A DNA stretch of 64,000 nt, taken from NCBI GenBank assembly GCA_030264375.1, contig JASCQW010000043.1, positions 89,835,373-89,899,372 of the forward strand, written 5' to 3'. This DNA is from Carcharhinus longimanus (Eukaryota). The notes beneath the pieces are model-generated. The model worked only from the letters and a program-made list of their open reading frames with translations, was not told the origin of the DNA and did no database searches. Positions 60,161 through 64,000 of the stretch are shown piece after piece. A program made the translations under genes and the position numbers. How positions within the stretch are numbered: the first letter of the stretch is position 1; each line of letters opens with the position of its first letter.

Positions 60161-63100
60161 CATATGCTGGTCTTACCTGTGAAAGAATTTTTAAAAATAA
60201 AAATTTAATTTCCCAGCTCTTAATTTAAACCAATGCTCTCTGGGTTTGCGGGAAGAAGAAGTATTAATGAGCCAATCACCTATCTGTTTTCCTACAAGGT
60301 CTCACTTTTATTTTTCTCATTTTTCAAATCTTTGATTTGAAAGCAGCATCCAATCCCACTGCAGCTGCTTCCAAATAGCTCAACGTAGGCCTTGAACCTC
60401 GCACTTTGTTGAAGCCTTTTTCTGTCACTAGATCTGTCTCCTCCCATTACTTCCAGCTCATTGATCACTTTCCTGCTCCCCTCAACAGAAGAGAACTTGT
60501 CATGAACGTTTGAGCCCCCACCCAAATCTAACATTCAACTTCCCTTCTTATCCCTCTCTTACTTTGTAAATCCTGACTTTACTTTTTTCCTTCCAAGCTC
60601 CAAAGATGCTGTCCGATTCTTGATCTTCTGCTGCTTTAGTTTTCACCTTACTGAATTCAAGACTCACCAAAGCTCCTTAATTCCACTATCTTAAATTTCT
60701 AGTGCTTCTCACCACCTTCAATCCTTTGTACTTCCAATAATTTGAAGAATTTTAAACCCAAGGTTCGCGTCACCTCATCATAACTACCTAATTTACTCAA
60801 CTACTTTTGCTGGTACCAACTGCAGTTTGATCTCCACCAAGTCTTGGCTTTTCATTGATTTGTCAGTAAGAATAAGATATATTGGAGGAATAGGGAGAGC
60901 ACTCTAAAAGTTATTAAAAAGTATTAAATACAGTATTTACATATTATTCTGAATCATCCTGCTGCATCATCCATATATTTATCTGTCAGAGATGAGTGCA
61001 AAGCTTTTAGGATGTCAGAAGTCTCAGCGCCTCCCAGTGTTTGAAAAATAGAATGATGCAGGTCATATGAATCATTCCACTGACAAGTTTATCTGTAAGG
61101 TGAGGATTAATTAAATCACTTTTCAAGCGCTTCACTGCCTCAGTATTATTTTCTGGCATCTCTGATTCTGTTTCATATCTCTGTTTATATCAGCTTTTGG
61201 TCGTGGCCATAATGAACTGGGACTCTGTTAGAGATGATTTTAGGAGTGAGGAAGCATTGTCTGATGCATGAAAGGATATTAGTGCTGCAGTCTTCAAGGT
61301 TACTACATTGAGTCAGCCACATGAGGTTAACACTTAATTCAGTGTCCAGGCACAACTCACCTCAGCCAGCCTCAACAGATGGAAGTAAGTGGGCATCTGG
61401 AGAGGTGCAATATTTGTTCCACGTTTGACTATGCCAAGTTATTGAGAATAATTGGACTGAATTCTGAAGTAGGTTAAAGAAATTATGGACACTGATTTCT
61501 AACTAATTTTCAATTGGCCTTGCGGTGGTGCTTGTGAGCTCTGAAAAGTGAAAATGGCACAGAGTGATTTTTAAAAAAAATTTGACTGAACCACCTGGAG
61601 TTTTGGTCCCTGTTCACCTATCAGCAGTATTGCTAAAAATTGGGAAATGTATAGCCTGATTTGTTAATTTGGGATGAGAAAGCAGATGGGTGCATGGGTC
61701 AAAGAGGTAGACAAACCAATCCAGATCACAGTGGCATGAGGCCAGGATACTTGTTTTTAGGCCTCATCTACATGCTGCAAGCCAATTTCTTAGCTAAACT
61801 TGGCAGCAAGCTCAGACCACTAGTGATTAGGATTGCAATGTTGGCCGATTAGACCATTGTTAGCAACTGGAGGAACAGTTCCTGGTGTAAATTACTGAGG
61901 GGGAAATGGTGTGACAGAGCAATTAAATCAAAGAAGGTGTAATCTTTCATTGCAGGGCCTTTCTGGCAATGGAAGAATACCATTCATCCCCTGGAACCAT
62001 TTAGCCAGATCCTCGCTGAACTGTACCTCAATTCCATTTACCTACCTTTGCTCCATACCATAAGGCACTCTTGTCTCTTGGACATCTATCAGTCTTTGTC
62101 TCAAATTCAGTTGTCCCACCATCTACAGTCTTGTTTGGATGGAGTTCCAGATTTAAACCAGTATTTGTGTGAAAAGTGCTCCTAAATGTCCTAGCTCTAT
62201 TTTAAGATTATGCCCTTTTTGGGAGGGATTTTCTTATTCTACTCCAGTGTTCTTCAGAATATTTTAATTTTTTCTGCTAATCACTTGTGCGTAGCACTAT
62301 CAAAGGCATTCTTGATCCTGCTGATTTCCCCAAGGAAAGTTTCAAATCAGTAAAATGGATATTTTTGCAGCCTCAGCAAGCTTTGATTCATCTTCTGGCT
62401 AGGTTGACCTGGCTGGAAAGCTGCAACCACTAAGCACTTACAGCTAGAGCTAAAGTATCAATCACTGAAATGCAATCTCCATATCTGAAGAATTTCAGTT
62501 TCCGGCTATCATTCTCATAAGTTCAAATAGTGGGTTAAAAATGGTAGGTTGCGGAATGTATGTGGTGGGTTAGATTCACTGTCATTTTAATTGCCTGTAC
62601 ATCCTGGGTCTGCTGAGATGAGTGAGCAAGTTTAAAGTGATCTCTTGCAAATAGAAATGTGGAGCTTTGAACCAATTTTATTTGGCCAGAATGAAAGAGA
62701 ACCTATTTTGTCAAATTGACTGTACGCGGTGCTTGGTTAAAATCATTTTGTTTTGCTTCTGTGCAAAGAACAATGGAAAAAAAACAATGTCATGGCTAAG
62801 ATACCAGGGTTCTGAACATGTACCCATACTGGTTGGTTGGTGCGGCACTTTTCTGTCCTATCATGTTTCAAGATTGCTTGTGGCATCCCTCCAGAAATGC
62901 CTCAAAACTTAACACACACTTAATTGTTTAGGTGTACTGGATGTTGTGACTTATATGTTGCATACATCAACATTCCACAAATAGAAATTACGTAACAAGT
63001 GCTGCTTTATGGAGGTATAGTATTGGCTCAGGAACGAATATTGAACAATGCGGGAACATGCAGATCATCTTTGATTCATGCCGTGGGGTCTGTTAATACA

Positions 63101-64000
63101 TTAACATGCCTACCTGAACCAACAGACCACGAACATGGGCTTCAGTTTGATGTCTCCTGTAAAGTTTGGCATTGTTTGATGGGAACGCATTCTCTTCTTT
63201 CTGCACTCGAGTTCTTGCTTTGATGGACAGGCTTTGGGTAACCTTTGCTTCAATACGATTTATGTGGAAAATAAATGTGTTGGAGAGAAGTTATTTTTTC
63301 TTCAACAACATGCTTTTTTTTCCATATTGTAGTTCCTTTTAGGAAGTACTTTTATAATTAAAGATTTCTAAAAAGCTCATATCTACTTTCCTTCCTTTTG
63401 CTCAGAACCAATGGCTATAGTGCAATGGCATATTAGATGCCATGAAAACAGTTTGAGTAAAATTTCACGAAAAACGTTTAGCATACTGAGATTTTTAGAA
63501 ATTGTAGACGAGCCAAATTGTATGTCATTGTGTGTGGTGACATTAAGAATTAATTCAGGCGCATATAGCAAAAAAAAACATTTGACAGAAAAGTAATTGA
63601 ATTCTAAAAGTGTCCTGCTGTCTTAATTGAAATTTGGCACAAGCCTAACTACACTCAGTCTGCTGAGTTTTGTGAATAATATCAGCTGACCCATGAACAT
63701 CAATGAAGTTGGATCAGGGTTTTGTGCTTGGATCAAGAATCTTGCATTATAATTGAAACTGGGTTAGGGACATTGGAATTCTGTGCTTAAAGCAGAATTA
63801 CGCATTTGCTCAGATACTCGTTTATCGGTGTTAACTGTGATCCATAGATATGGGTAGTGAGATGCCTTGTATAATATTTAAAATACGTTTAACCCTAGAA
63901 ATAATTTGAAAACTTTAGAAATAACAGCAGTTTAAACGTACGAACAAATTGTAGATATTTTGCAATAATATTTCTCACCAAGACAGTTGCTGTTTGCATA

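Larger units (their letters stand above)
17294..64000 (+). other. SLC24A2: Large intron of SLC24A2 (continues beyond the window)
   Basis: No downstream NCKX2 peptide (e.g. LQRGGSSASLHNSLMRNSIFQLM) seen in the window; the orthologous mammalian intron is very large. A short cassette exon could have been missed. Confidence 0.75.

Overview
Vertebrate genomic DNA, very probably from a shark: it carries many HE1/V-SINE copies, HER1/CR1 LINEs and SacSINE1-like DeuSINEs. The only host gene is the 5' end of SLC24A2 (NCKX2, the cone/neuronal K+-dependent Na+/Ca2+ exchanger) on the + strand. It has a CpG-rich promoter region (~13.5-16 kb), a probable non-coding first exon ending at 14659, and a large first coding exon (acceptor before 16174, ATG 16352, phase-0 donor after 17293, 314 codons). 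I saw no further coding exon, so the remaining ~46.7 kb is read as intron. Most other sequence is decayed mobile DNA: CR1, L2, Rex1/Babar, a further CR1/Jockey-group LINE, several SINEs, a fossil PIF/Harbinger transposase with a matching ~135-bp MITE family, and Penelope-like remnants. The most interesting observations are: (1) several Penelope-type remnants with degenerate minimal hammerhead ribozyme motifs, including inverted and palindromic pairs; (2) three independent 100-130 nt locally templated insertions, one inverted and able to form a long pre-mRNA hairpin; (3) Asn at the position of human NCKX2 D258; (4) overlapping uORFs just before the start codon; (5) a CRX/Maf-like motif cluster upstream. 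I found no convincing wholly new protein-coding system. Repeat family names are from recall of consensus motifs, and repeat boundaries are approximate unless TSDs/TIRs are quoted.
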